Source of the DNA: a virus
Reading direction: 5' to 3' (one strand)
Virus record (IMG/VR): IMGVR_UViG_3300010373_000040
Location: 21,240 to 85,239 of that record
Length of the DNA stretch: 64,000 nucleotides
Below, one piece after another: positions 1 through 10,460 of the stretch. Below the pieces are notes generated by a model. It searched no databases, was not told where the DNA came from, and was given only the letters and a program-made list of their open reading frames with translations. The position numbers were made by a program, and so were the translations under genes. Every line of letters begins with the position of its first letter. The stretch's first letter is position 1.

Positions 1-65
1 TAAAATCTAATATCTTCAGGATTTAGAGCATCTGCTAATCTTTCATTAGCATCTTTGATAAACAT
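1..65 (-). CDS. Partial hypothetical protein (5' end, MFIKDANERLADALNPEDIRF..., runs off window)
   Basis: Reverse-strand ATG at 65, open to position 1; co-oriented with upstream genes. Confidence 0.45.
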   Translation of the reverse strand, partial: MFIKDANERLADALNPEDIRF

Positions 66-87
66 TTTATAGGTATAATGTCCTCTC

Positions 88-606
88 TTATCTGTCATAA
101 CTTGTCCAAGTATTATGATTGAATTTATGAATTTTATCATCTTTAAATGCTAGATCACCATTGATTGGCTTATTAGTACTTAATCTAAATAGGTCATTTC
201 CGTCAATTTCAGATGCTTTTACTAAACGTCTATAAGCTTCTAGTTTTACACCTACACATAGATTGAAATAGATAAAAGTATCTTTAATTTCCATTATTTC
301 TGCTATTGTATCTTCATCATGATCTAAGTATCTCAAAGCTTCTGGTAATGTTGTACTACTTCTTAATACTTTGTTAAGTTTCTTCTCTTCAGATTTTAAC
401 CATGTTTGTACATCACATTTAATATCAGTAGTGATACCCATTACCCCTTTGCATCTATTACATGTCTTATAAATAAAACCTTTCTTAGACTTCTGTAGTC
501 TCTTCCAATAAGATTCTTCAGGATGAATGTTGTTACATGATGGACAAACAGCATCTGTGTTACAGACAGTAACCATAGCTCCTCCAATAATCTCTAGTCT
601 ACTCAT
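88..606 (-). CDS. Hypothetical protein with N-terminal Zn-ribbon (CxxC...CxxC)
   Basis: ORF track; CPSC and CNRC motifs. Confidence 0.65.
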   Translation of the reverse strand: MSRLEIIGGAMVTVCNTDAVCPSCNNIHPEESYWKRLQKSKKGFIYKTCNRCKGVMGITTDIKCDVQTWLKSEEKKLNKVLRSSTTLPEALRYLDHDEDTIAEIMEIKDTFIYFNLCVGVKLEAYRRLVKASEIDGNDLFRLSTNKPINGDLAFKDDKIHKFNHNTWTSYDR

Positions 607-616
607 AGTTAAACTT

Positions 617-650
617 TAAAATGAAAGGAGGGAGATTTCTCTCCACTCCC
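617..650 (-). terminator. Intrinsic terminator-like hairpin
   Basis: Minus strand GGAGTGGAGAG-AAA-TCTCCCTCC followed by TTTCATTTT. Confidence 0.5.
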
Positions 651-674
651 ACTGTTCACCTCTAAACAGCAATG

Positions 675-938
675 TTATAGTAATTTATTCTTAAATTCCT
701 CTAGAGAAGTCTTCTCAAAAATGGTCTTTAAAAATGCAATTTTATCTCTAGATTCCCAAGAGTCTGATGATAATACTTCTTCATAAATAGGGTCCTTAAT
801 AGGTACAATATTTAAATCAGGATTATCTTCAATAGCTTGTACTATTTTGAAAGCTTCGTCATTATCACAAAATTCAATAAAGTCTAGCACATCCTCTAGC
901 TCTATTTCTACACTTTTATCTTTACTTACGCTTGACAT
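675..938 (-). CDS. Acidic hypothetical protein
   Basis: ORF track; abuts polymerase gene. Confidence 0.65.
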   Translation of the reverse strand: MSSVSKDKSVEIELEDVLDFIEFCDNDEAFKIVQAIEDNPDLNIVPIKDPIYEEVLSSDSWESRDKIAFLKTIFEKTSLEEFKNKLL

Positions 939-939
939 A

Positions 940-2859
940 TTAAAACAGGTTTAATTGTTCTTTTTCAATTCCCCTCATAATCTCTCTCGCTTCATGTACA
1001 TAATATTCGTAATTTATCCTGTAGTCACTCATAGACTTCTCCACATAATCATTAAATATAATCACTCCAGAATCCTTTAAAAGATGCTCCATAGTCTTTC
1101 CATCTCCAGACTTATACAGATACCCAGCTTCTAATCCTTTAGCAGCATAGAACCTGTTAGTCTTGTTCAGGACCTTACCATTGTGATAAGCTTTGAAGGG
1201 CTTTTTGGTCTTCTTTGAAACTCCCATTCTCTCTGACATGCAGAAATCATAGATATTTTTATGATTTAAGATATAGTCTTCCAGTTTGGTTCCTTTAATA
1301 AAGTACTCAAAGAGGGCTTGTTTAACTACAGGGTATTTATATCCTTTAAGGAGAGACAGCTCTTTTTCAAAGAATCCTTTCCTTTTGACTACCAACTCTC
1401 CCTTATATAGCTTGTTTACGCCCTTCTTATCACACTTTACACTTAGATAGGAGTTAATATCTCTCCTGATCATCTTGCTGTAGAACTCCTCATCTAAAGT
1501 CATTCTGGAGTCTATTTCCCATTGTTTACAAATAGAATCAAAGAGCTCCTGCTGATCTTCTGGATAAAATACTTCCACAGAATCTGTGTTCATGCTAATA
1601 GGTGTAAATCCAGCCATTATAAATCTCTCCATCAGCATAGAAAGAAGTAACTGACCATTTATAGTCACCTGATAGAACTCTCTAACCCCGTATACAGGAG
1701 AGTATATGGAGTTTAATTGACCAAATACAGCATTGAGTGAAAGTTTATTTAATTCTGCAGTAAACTCATCTCCTTGCATCTTAGCTTTAATCCTTTGATC
1801 TCTTTTGTTAGAATAGATTTTATTCCATTCAGCTTTCAGATGTGGAGGACATAGTTCATATTTATCTATGATGCTTGGGTAAAATGAATTTACGTCTTTA
1901 CTAACAAACTTCCAGCCTTTTGGAGGTACTATCACTTCAGCAACTCCTCTGTCCGCATGAGCCCCTCCTAATCCATACTTACAAACTAGACCTTTAGGAT
2001 GTATAAGCTTATATACAAATCTATCCTTTTTAGGCATCTTCATAATCCTCTCAAATGTCATAGTGTTATAAGCATCTAAAACATTTTGAAATTCTTTAGT
2101 TTGGAACTTTATATTAGGGAAAATACACTCTGAAAGAGTCAAGTTTCCTAGATAGGTGTATTTAAGCTTTTCAGGCAGTTTCTTAGCAGGTTTCCTATTG
2201 TTGTATAGGAACCTTTCTTTAAACTCCTTATGTCCTGTAACCTTAGTATACTCCTGCATCAATAGTGCCACTCCAATATTAACACCATCCATACTTCTAG
2301 TATCTATAGAGGTAATTTCATTAATCTTCTCTCTATTCTCAAAATCCTTCTTCTTTAGCTTACAGACATGCTTCAATGATTCAACATCATTAATACAATA
2401 TTCTATACACTTGTCAAAGTCTTCTAAGGGTAGAGGTGCATCCCAATCTACTTCAAACTCCTGTACCTTGTGCCATTGTGTAATGACCTGTAGATGCTTC
2501 AATGACACTCTAAGAGCAGATGAAGCAAGCATAGTCATTACATCAATGGAATCAAAGGTTTTACCATACTTCCAAGGTTTATAGTATTCATAGTCCTTGT
2601 CTATAACAGCTTTTGATAAAAGGTACAATTGTTCATTAGTAGCATCAGGATTCTTTAAGAGATAATTTAGAATGATGTCATCATAGCCTGACCCATTATA
2701 GTTCACAAGAACATAGTTAGCAGCTATAGTTTGAATCATCTTTATATCATTTCTTCTCTCACTGATTTCACAAACTATAGTTTTGTCAGAATCCATATCT
2801 TGGAATACCTTACAGAAGAAGTTTGGGAGCACCTCAGAATCTTCTACTACTTTTTTCAT
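940..2859 (-). CDS. polB: Family B DNA polymerase (crAss-like PolB) with 3'-5' exonuclease domain
   Basis: Exo motifs (DSE, YNGSGYD, YCINDV); Pol motifs A DVNSFYPSII, B KLSLNAVFG, C NTDSV. Confidence 0.92.
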   Translation of the reverse strand: MKKVVEDSEVLPNFFCKVFQDMDSDKTIVCEISERRNDIKMIQTIAANYVLVNYNGSGYDDIILNYLLKNPDATNEQLYLLSKAVIDKDYEYYKPWKYGKTFDSIDVMTMLASSALRVSLKHLQVITQWHKVQEFEVDWDAPLPLEDFDKCIEYCINDVESLKHVCKLKKKDFENREKINEITSIDTRSMDGVNIGVALLMQEYTKVTGHKEFKERFLYNNRKPAKKLPEKLKYTYLGNLTLSECIFPNIKFQTKEFQNVLDAYNTMTFERIMKMPKKDRFVYKLIHPKGLVCKYGLGGAHADRGVAEVIVPPKGWKFVSKDVNSFYPSIIDKYELCPPHLKAEWNKIYSNKRDQRIKAKMQGDEFTAELNKLSLNAVFGQLNSIYSPVYGVREFYQVTINGQLLLSMLMERFIMAGFTPISMNTDSVEVFYPEDQQELFDSICKQWEIDSRMTLDEEFYSKMIRRDINSYLSVKCDKKGVNKLYKGELVVKRKGFFEKELSLLKGYKYPVVKQALFEYFIKGTKLEDYILNHKNIYDFCMSERMGVSKKTKKPFKAYHNGKVLNKTNRFYAAKGLEAGYLYKSGDGKTMEHLLKDSGVIIFNDYVEKSMSDYRINYEYYVHEAREIMRGIEKEQLNLF

Positions 2860-3713
2860 TAGTTATTTCTTTCATTAACTACTAGCTCATCTGAAGCTTC
2901 ATCACCCCATTTAGATACTACTAAATATCCTCCAGCCACAGGTTGTAATACAATAGGATCTGGAATATCTTTTAAACGATAACCATCTAATTGCATTTTA
3001 GTTGTATCCATATCTTTAATAGGAGCACAGATTTTTAGACCTTGTTGTACTAAATTATAATGAAATTCTCCTCTTCTGTTATCATCAGGATAACCATAAA
3101 ATCTGAAAAATCCTCTGTTTTTATACTCACTTACTCCCATTTGAAAAGCTTTCTTTTTTGTTTTCTTATGAAAGAAGTGGTAATAACCTCCTTCTATTTT
3201 AATTTCATATTCTTCAGCATCAAATATAAGTTTTTTATCATCACCAATTCCTCCCGTTCCAATCCAAATATTAAATTTATACTTTTCTTTAAATTTAGAA
3301 ATTTCTTTTAAGTTTTCTTTAGGAACAAATCCTTTGTATAAAGATACATCGCCACACACAAGACTGTATTTCTTACAAATCTCGCCAACCATATCTTCAG
3401 TAATGAATTTATTATTGGGATATTTAAAAGAATATTCGTGTATAAGCTTTGCAGTTTGTTCAGCTAAAACTTTTTTGGTTTTGACCTCTTCTACTGCTTT
3501 AGCTTGAGGTGTTTGAGTAAAACCAAGACTAGCTAACAATTCTCCTTTTGCTAAATCTTTGGTTTTACAATCTTCTAAAACAGCTAAAGCTTCTTTTAAG
3601 AGAGTTTCTCCAGCTATATTAAATTCATTATGGATTTGCTCAATTTCAGGAGCATATTTAGATGCGGAAACTAATTTAATTTCATCATTTTTCTTGAATA
3701 GTTTTTCAAACAT
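2859..3713 (-). CDS. Conserved phage hypothetical protein
   Basis: ORF track; C-terminal PDPIVLQPV..GYLVVSKWGDEA recalled from Bacteroidota phage proteins. Confidence 0.75.
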   Translation of the reverse strand: MFEKLFKKNDEIKLVSASKYAPEIEQIHNEFNIAGETLLKEALAVLEDCKTKDLAKGELLASLGFTQTPQAKAVEEVKTKKVLAEQTAKLIHEYSFKYPNNKFITEDMVGEICKKYSLVCGDVSLYKGFVPKENLKEISKFKEKYKFNIWIGTGGIGDDKKLIFDAEEYEIKIEGGYYHFFHKKTKKKAFQMGVSEYKNRGFFRFYGYPDDNRRGEFHYNLVQQGLKICAPIKDMDTTKMQLDGYRLKDIPDPIVLQPVAGGYLVVSKWGDEASDELVVNERNN

Positions 3714-3744
3714 AATATTAGGGTTTAGGTGTGTTTACTATTTG

Positions 3745-3996
3745 TTATTCTCCATAACTCTCCCATTTCTGGGTTTTAATTTCATCTGATATTTCACCAG
3801 CATTATGATTATTCTCAATCCATGTATAGATAGCTGAGAGATCACGCACAGTAGCTGTAGACTCAATTGGAATATCACCATTGATAGTATTGATCCAAAT
3901 ATCTAATTCTCCATTAACTACAGATAGATCATAATCTACCAAGTATTCATCATCCTCTGTTCCAAGAATGGTATTTACAAAATTAAGCTTGCTCAT
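3745..3996 (-). CDS. Hypothetical protein
   Basis: ORF track, operon-like packing. Confidence 0.6.
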   Translation of the reverse strand: MSKLNFVNTILGTEDDEYLVDYDLSVVNGELDIWINTINGDIPIESTATVRDLSAIYTWIENNHNAGEISDEIKTQKWESYGE

Positions 3997-3999
3997 AGT

Positions 4000-4197
4000 T
4001 TATTGTTTAGATAGATTTTCTAGAACTTCTTTAGCAGTTTTAAATATTGCTTGCCTCTCCTCTTCAGTTAAAGAAAGCCCTTTTAGATAAGTGTGAATAT
4101 CATGAATCTTATCTACTACTGAGGACTCATAGTATCCAAATAAACCATGTTTCATTTCAGCCTCCTCATCTCTATCAAAATTGATTATTATTCCCAT
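4000..4197 (-). CDS. Hypothetical protein
   Basis: ORF track, operon-like packing. Confidence 0.6.
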   Translation of the reverse strand: MGIIINFDRDEEAEMKHGLFGYYESSVVDKIHDIHTYLKGLSLTEEERQAIFKTAKEVLENLSKQ

Positions 4198-4198
4198 A

Positions 4199-4351
4199 TT
4201 AGTAAAAGATTATTTTATGTTGAACTCCTTTTTTATCTACAGCATATCCAGCATTGAAATTCTGTTTATACTTGCAAAGTTGAGCAGGATGTTGTCCTAC
4301 TGCTACTTTAATTTGATCTTTGGTTCCTTTGAAAGTGCTGTATAGGCTCAT
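4199..4351 (-). CDS. Small hypothetical protein (50 aa, MSLYSTFKGTKDQIKVAVGQHPAQ...)
   Basis: Read manually; fills the gap exactly, with an ATGA overlap to the upstream gene. Confidence 0.6.
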   Translation of the reverse strand: MSLYSTFKGTKDQIKVAVGQHPAQLCKYKQNFNAGYAVDKKGVQHKIIFY

Positions 4352-4755
4352 ATTCCTAGCTGAGACATGAGCTTTTTAAGCTCTGATTTATTTTTGATTC
4401 TACCCATGAAGACAGTATTGTTATTAGGAGATACTATTGAGCTAATCTCACCATGATTTAATTCAAAGTAGTCTCTTACTATAAACTTATCTGATTTCGG
4501 AGGATAATAAAGATACCTAGTATCAAATCCTGATATTTCATCTCCTATCCATCCTAAACTTTCAATACACTCTCTGGATAGATATTTAACTCTGAACATT
4601 TCAGGATTATCTCTCAGGTTTTCAAATACTCTCTCAATTCTATTATTGTCTAGAACAAAAGGTTTCCATGTAGTGCCTCCAGTTAGGAATTGAAATTCAA
4701 AGCCTAGATGGAACTCCTCTGAAGTTGGCGTGTAATACTTTTCTTTAATATTCAT
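4348..4755 (-). CDS. Hypothetical phage protein
   Basis: ORF track; KYYTP..EEFH.GFE N-terminus and IKNKSELKKLM C-terminus. Confidence 0.7.
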   Translation of the reverse strand: MNIKEKYYTPTSEEFHLGFEFQFLTGGTTWKPFVLDNNRIERVFENLRDNPEMFRVKYLSRECIESLGWIGDEISGFDTRYLYYPPKSDKFIVRDYFELNHGEISSIVSPNNNTVFMGRIKNKSELKKLMSQLGI

Positions 4756-5134
4756 AAGTTACATTTTTAAGAACTGTTATTTGAACGCCACAATTTTCCC
4801 TACTAACTTCATATCCTAAGAAATGAGGCTTGACATAAGTCATACAATCATCAGGAAGCCAACCATGCTCCTGCATTAGATCTAGTGGTGCTTGGCAAAT
4901 GTTAACATAGTCGAACTTCCTCTTATCTTTTCTGATAAAATAAAACCCAATGTGATACGGAGGATCTAAACCTTCAAGCATCTTTAGGAATTTCTCTCTG
5001 TTAATATTCCAGAGTAGAAAAGTATTTTTCTTATAGTCTAATGTAAGTTTAGATGATATAAGTCTCTTACCAACAATCCGTTTTGAGTTTTTTTGTGATG
5101 GAGTTGAAAGAGGGATAAAGATACTATTCTGCAT
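4745..5134 (-). CDS. RusA-like Holliday junction resolvase
   Basis: PSQKNSKR, RKFDYVN..QAPLDLM...GWLPDD motifs; start moved to ATG of MQNSIF. Confidence 0.7.
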   Translation of the reverse strand: MQNSIFIPLSTPSQKNSKRIVGKRLISSKLTLDYKKNTFLLWNINREKFLKMLEGLDPPYHIGFYFIRKDKRKFDYVNICQAPLDLMQEHGWLPDDCMTYVKPHFLGYEVSRENCGVQITVLKNVTYEY

Positions 5135-5227
5135 AATAAGGCATGTAATAATAGTGAAGAACCTCAAACCAATGAGATTTATTTCTAGTGAGAAAGTAGA
5201 TCAGAGAATGTTTCATAATTCTATACC

Positions 5228-5653
5228 TCATAATCTTCTATGTTCAAAACATTCCTGAGTTTCTAACTGACAATTTCCTGGAATAAAAGAAACAGGTTTA
5301 TTGAACTTACTGCAATCACCATAGCTTATAAGACAAGATTTGTCAAATTCAAAATGATAATTGTTAGCTATTCTCAACAGAGATATTCTACTCTTCTCTT
5401 CAGGATGATTTAAAGCATCATCTATTAGTTTAGCTTTAGTCTCACCAAAAGAAATCATCTGTAACCACCTATTCCATTCTTTCCACACATCAAAGTTAGC
5501 TAGATCTCTAACCATGTGCTTACAGTTAGTGCAGTTACAATCTAATAACTCCAACTCTATGCAAGGTTTGAATGTTACATCAATCTTAGGTCTTTCAGTA
5601 TCACTGATCTCCCAATATCTTTTGTAATATTCTTTTTGAGTTTCTTCTCTCAT
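5228..5653 (-). CDS. Cys-rich hypothetical protein
   Basis: ORF track; DCNCTNCKHM and CQLETQECFEHR. Confidence 0.65.
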   Translation of the reverse strand: MREETQKEYYKRYWEISDTERPKIDVTFKPCIELELLDCNCTNCKHMVRDLANFDVWKEWNRWLQMISFGETKAKLIDDALNHPEEKSRISLLRIANNYHFEFDKSCLISYGDCSKFNKPVSFIPGNCQLETQECFEHRRL

Positions 5654-5865
5654 TTCTTAGTCTTAATATAAACAATGGCATTATTGATTTCCTCTAGCTG
5701 AATCCTAAGATCATCTTTAATCTTACAAGCCATCTCAAACCCACTTTCAATCTCTATCTTAACTTTCTCTAGAGGTTCTAATAAATGAGAGCCATCTACT
5801 TTTTCTGATATTACAAAGTTGTTAAACTCTTGTTTCCAATTTTTCCGTAGTTCCATATTATTCAA
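5650..5865 (-). CDS. Hypothetical protein
   Basis: ORF track, overlapping start/stop coupling. Confidence 0.6.
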   Translation of the reverse strand: MNNMELRKNWKQEFNNFVISEKVDGSHLLEPLEKVKIEIESGFEMACKIKDDLRIQLEEINNAIVYIKTKK

Positions 5866-6307
5866 TAGTTAATTCTTCTTTAGTCAAAGCATAATATAAA
5901 TTCTGTAACTCATGGACATATCTATAATTACTAGGAATATAAATAGTGTCATAATCCATAGCCACATTCATCATATACTCATCTCCAGTAAATAATAAAG
6001 CAGTACCGTTTTCTAGAGTTATTCTTAAAGCTCCTCCATCAAAGTCTTTTGTGTAGAAGTCATAAGGCTCATTGAAAGTGTAAACTTTTGGTTTATACTT
6101 CACAAACCCAAACTTAGTTAACCATTCTTCTGTAATAACAATAGGTATCACAAGTTCCAAATCCATTGTACATTCTCCTAATCCATACCAATCTCTAGCA
6201 TCCCATTGAAAATCAAAACAATCTTCAATATTCTTATCACTTCTATAAGACCAGCCTATATTATGATGGAACCAGTTACCAATTCTTATTTCTTTTTCAT
6301 CAATCAT
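5858..6307 (-). CDS. Conserved Bacteroidota phage protein (YopX-like)
   Basis: EIRIGNW...PIVITEEWLTKFGF...YVHELQNLYYALT pattern. Confidence 0.7.
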   Translation of the reverse strand: MIDEKEIRIGNWFHHNIGWSYRSDKNIEDCFDFQWDARDWYGLGECTMDLELVIPIVITEEWLTKFGFVKYKPKVYTFNEPYDFYTKDFDGGALRITLENGTALLFTGDEYMMNVAMDYDTIYIPSNYRYVHELQNLYYALTKEELTIE

Positions 6308-7275
6308 AATCCTAATTGTTCTAATATTTTCATTGATTCTTCAGGTCCATACAGGTAAGCAAAATCTGAGAGATCCTTACATTCAGTATTTAAAGGCATA
6401 CTTACAAATGGTATTTGATATTGATCATAGTACTTATTCATTGTAGCTAATCCTGCAATATCACTATCTAGAAAGCTTACTATTCTTTTGAATCTACCCT
6501 TAATATTATCTACTAAAGGTTGTGATAAGTTAGTTGTTTCTGAGCATAAAGCAAAGGCATCATAACCAAATTCTCGTAGTAAACAAACATCTTTGTAAGC
6601 TTTAGAGATGATCAACAAATCTCCTGTGAAAGGTAACTGTGTCCAGCCCTGAATATCCGTAATTCTACAATTACTAATCCACTTAGCTTTTGGATTAAGT
6701 GGTTGATAGATCTTGTAATTAGAACCTATCAAATACCTTATTACAGGACTCTTATCACTATAGACTGAATAGAGCTTATCATTCAACCAAACCTCCTTAG
6801 CGGCTCTTATATTATATAATTCTAGGGTCTTCTTAGATATGCAGAAACTATTCCAATATTCATAGAAACTCTCAGGGTCCTTGTCAAATAACACCACTTC
6901 AATTTTAGCAGGTTTTGATGGCTTGTACACAAAAGACTGGATAGGAGTATTAGTTAGAGGAAAGTTATTATAGACTAATGCTACCGCCTCCTTATAATTT
7001 ATACAATTAAAATCTGATACCATTTGTATAGCATCACCTGATTTTCCAGAACTAAAGCAATGATACCTCAATCTCTCTTTAACTTGGATAAAACAAAAGC
7101 TAGGATTACTGTCTTTAGTATAAGGGGATTTGTATTTTTTCCTTAACTCAGGATAATAACCCAGTATTCTAAAGTAAATATCCAAATCTGATATATAATC
7201 ATATATGGAGCCATTGGGGTACTTACTATTAGGATATTTATTAGTCTGCTCCTTAGCATTCTCAAAGTTTAGCAT
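6304..7275 (-). CDS. DNA primase (Zn-finger-like N-terminus + TOPRIM)
   Basis: SPYTKDSNPSF...CFSSGKSGDAI; IISKAYKDV; LDSDIAG; KDLSD. Confidence 0.88.
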   Translation of the reverse strand: MLNFENAKEQTNKYPNSKYPNGSIYDYISDLDIYFRILGYYPELRKKYKSPYTKDSNPSFCFIQVKERLRYHCFSSGKSGDAIQMVSDFNCINYKEAVALVYNNFPLTNTPIQSFVYKPSKPAKIEVVLFDKDPESFYEYWNSFCISKKTLELYNIRAAKEVWLNDKLYSVYSDKSPVIRYLIGSNYKIYQPLNPKAKWISNCRITDIQGWTQLPFTGDLLIISKAYKDVCLLREFGYDAFALCSETTNLSQPLVDNIKGRFKRIVSFLDSDIAGLATMNKYYDQYQIPFVSMPLNTECKDLSDFAYLYGPEESMKILEQLGL

Positions 7276-7282
7276 AGGCAGA

Positions 7283-7317
7283 AAATAAAGCCCTAGAAGT
7301 AATTCTCCTAGGGCTAT
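7283..7317 (-). terminator. Intrinsic terminator
   Basis: AGCCCTAG...CTAGGGCT stem with T-rich tail on the minus strand. Confidence 0.6.
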
Positions 7318-7350
7318 TGTTATTATAAACTATTGATAATCAACTAGTTA

Positions 7351-7986
7351 TCAGAAAGGCAAATCTGTAGTTTCATCTTCACTACTTGCAGCTTTCTCTA
7401 CAGGTCCAGAAGGAACATCTAAAGTAGCTTCTGATTTAGCGTTGTACTTAATCTGAGACTTCTCAAAAGGAACATCAGCAGGCTCACAAATTACAGAATT
7501 ATAGTAACCTGCAAGGTTAACGTGTTTCTTTGTTTTATCAGCAATGAACTTCATTCTAGTAAATCTACCTACTAAGGGCTGTAGCTTAACAGCAAGTTGT
7601 TCCATGCTAATATCACCCCAGCTTCTAATACTCTTCTCTGTAGCTTCTAAAGCAGCACTAGAAGAGATGTTTTTAAGGATGGTGAAGAATCTATTAAGTT
7701 GATCCTCATTCTGAGGAGTAAGCAAACCAATAACATTCTTAGCTCCTACGCAATCTACTCCAGCAAGCGTTTTAGTAGTCTCTACTTCAATAAGAAGTTG
7801 TTCAATAGAATAGTGTCTAGGACCTTCTTTAAGAGTCTCACCAAGTACTGAATCACCTACAGGTTGGTAAGCAATTCTTAGCACTTTTACATTATGGATA
7901 CCAGTGGTAAACTTAATGAATTTAGTGAAGTTAGAATTTTCATTAACTACGTTCTCTTGTTGTTTGGCATCTTTAAAATTCAGCAT
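7351..7986 (-). CDS. Putative single-stranded DNA-binding protein
   Basis: Acidic C-terminal tail ending DETTDLPF; lies between primase and AAA ATPase. Confidence 0.6.
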   Translation of the reverse strand: MLNFKDAKQQENVVNENSNFTKFIKFTTGIHNVKVLRIAYQPVGDSVLGETLKEGPRHYSIEQLLIEVETTKTLAGVDCVGAKNVIGLLTPQNEDQLNRFFTILKNISSSAALEATEKSIRSWGDISMEQLAVKLQPLVGRFTRMKFIADKTKKHVNLAGYYNSVICEPADVPFEKSQIKYNAKSEATLDVPSGPVEKAASSEDETTDLPF

Positions 7987-8009
7987 ATTATATTTGGTTT
8001 AGGATTTAC

Positions 8010-8741
8010 TTATTTAGTTGTTGTAGGTTTTACTTCTGTGATTCCATAGTATTGTCTAATTGTACTATCTACCAGAGATAGGCTATTTGGTATTAAAAAC
8101 TCTTGGAACATTCCTAATGGAGTTTTTGACGAGGATTTATTCTTCTTAGTCTCAAACCTAAATAGGTTATCCCCATTTAAGCCGGATTCTATATTAGTGA
8201 ATAAAACAATAGGCATCAAGCTTTCAGGGAAGATCTTTTTCAATTTCTTACCTGTTGTAGCTAACACTTTTTCAGTAGTCCCATCCACATTATCTACAAG
8301 TTCCACATGACCAAATAGATAGGCAATTTGATCAGGTCTGAGCTTAGTATTACATAAGTCTACTAATTCAATAATATCAAGAGCCATGTCTTTCCATTGA
8401 TCATGAGTCATTTTCTTTCTATCATTAAACTCTTTGAAAGTCAAATAACTATTTAACGTATCAAAAGCAATAGATTTGAATTTAGGTGTTTTAGCTACAT
8501 GTTCTAAGCATTTAAGAGCTATATCATAGCTATCAGTAGACACATAATTACCTTTTTCTTTGCTCCATCTTCCACCAGGGAAAGGGAGTGTCTTTTTATC
8601 AAAATTAATGATAAAATGTGTTTCAGGGTCCATCCCCTTATAGCCCTCTGGAGTAAAATCAAAACCTCCATCAGGATTCACTATTGTACTTGTTGTTTTT
8701 CCATCTCCAGAACTTCCGAAGATTCCGCAAATTACGCCCAT
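8010..8741 (-). CDS. AAA-family ATPase (Sak4-like recombination/annealing protein)
   Basis: Walker A GSSGDGKTT, Walker B IAFDT, C-terminal KTPLGMF...IPNSL. Confidence 0.8.
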   Translation of the reverse strand: MGVICGIFGSSGDGKTTSTIVNPDGGFDFTPEGYKGMDPETHFIINFDKKTLPFPGGRWSKEKGNYVSTDSYDIALKCLEHVAKTPKFKSIAFDTLNSYLTFKEFNDRKKMTHDQWKDMALDIIELVDLCNTKLRPDQIAYLFGHVELVDNVDGTTEKVLATTGKKLKKIFPESLMPIVLFTNIESGLNGDNLFRFETKKNKSSSKTPLGMFQEFLIPNSLSLVDSTIRQYYGITEVKPTTTK

Positions 8742-8748
8742 TTTTACT

Positions 8749-9849
8749 TTATTTTAAGTTAGTTATTCTATTATACATATCGTCTGTCATTAAATCAGGT
8801 CTAGGAATTTCAAAGAATAGCGAGCTTTCTCCCAAATATCCATAACCTGCAGCTATGTTAGAAGCCCCCCATCTATTCTTCATTATCCCAATAATCCTAA
8901 CTCTATCCTTCAATCTCTCCACATCATACCCCATGAACTCCTTAATCCCATAGTTATGTGGTGCAAACCCATAAATTACATAATCAGAAGACTCATAGAG
9001 ATTACCTGTGCCTTTTAGATCAGAGGCTTGGGGAAGTAAGAGATCATAGTTCCTATTCTTTTCTGATTTACCATGCATGTTCCTTTCTGCATTGTCCAAG
9101 GACCTATTAAGCTGGGAGAGTACTGTAAAACTGGCTCCAAATCTATTTCTACCATATACAGCTTTCTCACAGAATAGGTCTATTTTAGCTTTACTAGTAG
9201 TGGCATCCTTTTCTTGCTTAATACAATCAGAGTGATCTAGCATAAAGTTTCTGACAGCTTTAGGGTTATTAGGGATATACTTTGATCTCTTAGCATTCTC
9301 TTTGGAGCATTCTAATCCATTTTCATCAAAATATATCAAATATCCTTCTCCCATCATTACTTCCTGAACTTTCTTTGAAATACCTGTAGGATTAGTAGGC
9401 TCTTCTATAAACTCTACCATATCGTCAAGTCTCTCAAAGTAGCCTCTGTATCCTGAGATAAGTTTATAGAGCTCATCATTGAGTCTATTTTTAGCATTTC
9501 TGGTAGCAATAATATCAGGAGGAACAACAAGTTTATGATCTTTAAATAACTTCAAAGATATAAGCTTTAACAAAACAGAAACTTTATCAATCTCCATTGT
9601 GTAAAATATGCATTTGTAGTCTATATCAGGTTCCTTCAACATGTGCTCATAGGGAGAGTAGATATAGGAGTACAAAGCCATACTCGTCTTCCCCACGCCA
9701 CTACCCATAGCAAGTGTGGTAAACTTCTTAGGTTGTATATTAGGAATAAAACTTGAGAGTTTAGTAAGACCAAAGTCTACTCCAGTGTTCAACCCTTCTC
9801 TACCTCTATCTATCTCTTCTAAAGCATCATCAAATGTACTTCTTCCCAT
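8749..9849 (-). CDS. dnaB: DnaB-like replicative helicase
   Basis: Walker A GSGVGKT, TMEI, LSQLNR, SDLKGTG, KNRWG. Confidence 0.88.
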   Translation of the reverse strand: MGRSTFDDALEEIDRGREGLNTGVDFGLTKLSSFIPNIQPKKFTTLAMGSGVGKTSMALYSYIYSPYEHMLKEPDIDYKCIFYTMEIDKVSVLLKLISLKLFKDHKLVVPPDIIATRNAKNRLNDELYKLISGYRGYFERLDDMVEFIEEPTNPTGISKKVQEVMMGEGYLIYFDENGLECSKENAKRSKYIPNNPKAVRNFMLDHSDCIKQEKDATTSKAKIDLFCEKAVYGRNRFGASFTVLSQLNRSLDNAERNMHGKSEKNRNYDLLLPQASDLKGTGNLYESSDYVIYGFAPHNYGIKEFMGYDVERLKDRVRIIGIMKNRWGASNIAAGYGYLGESSLFFEIPRPDLMTDDMYNRITNLK

Positions 9850-10460
9850 TATATAACAGTTTTTGTTGTTTCAGACTTACTATTGCTGTCACCAATCAAA
9901 TCATCTAAACTACCCCACATCTCATCAAATATAAATGATCTGAGAGTAAAGTTTAATACTCCTAATTCTTTAGCTTTTCTAACTTTTGATACAATACTTT
10001 GATGAAGCTCTTTATTACTACCAATCTTTTTAGAATACATTAGTATTAAAGCATCTTTATCCCAATAGGTATCACCAATTTTCTCACCCTTCTTTAGAAT
10101 CACTGATCTACCATCAATTATAGTAGTATTAGGATAAGCATCCCAAAGCTCTTCTCCTGCTGTATTAGAATCAACATAGTAAGCTTCTTGAAACTCATCT
10201 GTAAGATAGATATTAGCAAAATTAAGATCATCAGGAGTCTTAATAAATCTACCATCAATAATACCTTTATCAATCATCTCCTGTACACCATCCTTACTAA
10301 ACTTACCTTTTCCTAATTGATCTAGTATAATCTTAATAAATTCTAAGTATTCTGGATGCTGCTCATTAGCCATAAAAGCACAGTGAGCAAGAAGAAGACC
10401 CTCAATACTATGAAGGTCATACTTCTTCATTATTTTTGTCAATTGTTTTACGTCTATCAT
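9849..10460 (-). CDS. Putative replication initiation/helicase-loader protein
   Basis: ELWDAYP motif; coupled to DnaB as in crAss-like phages. Confidence 0.55.
   Translation of the reverse strand: MIDVKQLTKIMKKYDLHSIEGLLLAHCAFMANEQHPEYLEFIKIILDQLGKGKFSKDGVQEMIDKGIIDGRFIKTPDDLNFANIYLTDEFQEAYYVDSNTAGEELWDAYPNTTIIDGRSVILKKGEKIGDTYWDKDALILMYSKKIGSNKELHQSIVSKVRKAKELGVLNFTLRSFIFDEMWGSLDDLIGDSNSKSETTKTVI

Noticed and set aside
2156-3789. Plus-strand ORFs 2156-2584, 3060-3311 and 3559-3789, and similar antisense ORFs elsewhere (e.g. 19722-20072, 28341-28688, 40624-41184, 54914-55192)
   Set aside because: Antisense shadows of well-supported genes, with no motifs of their own
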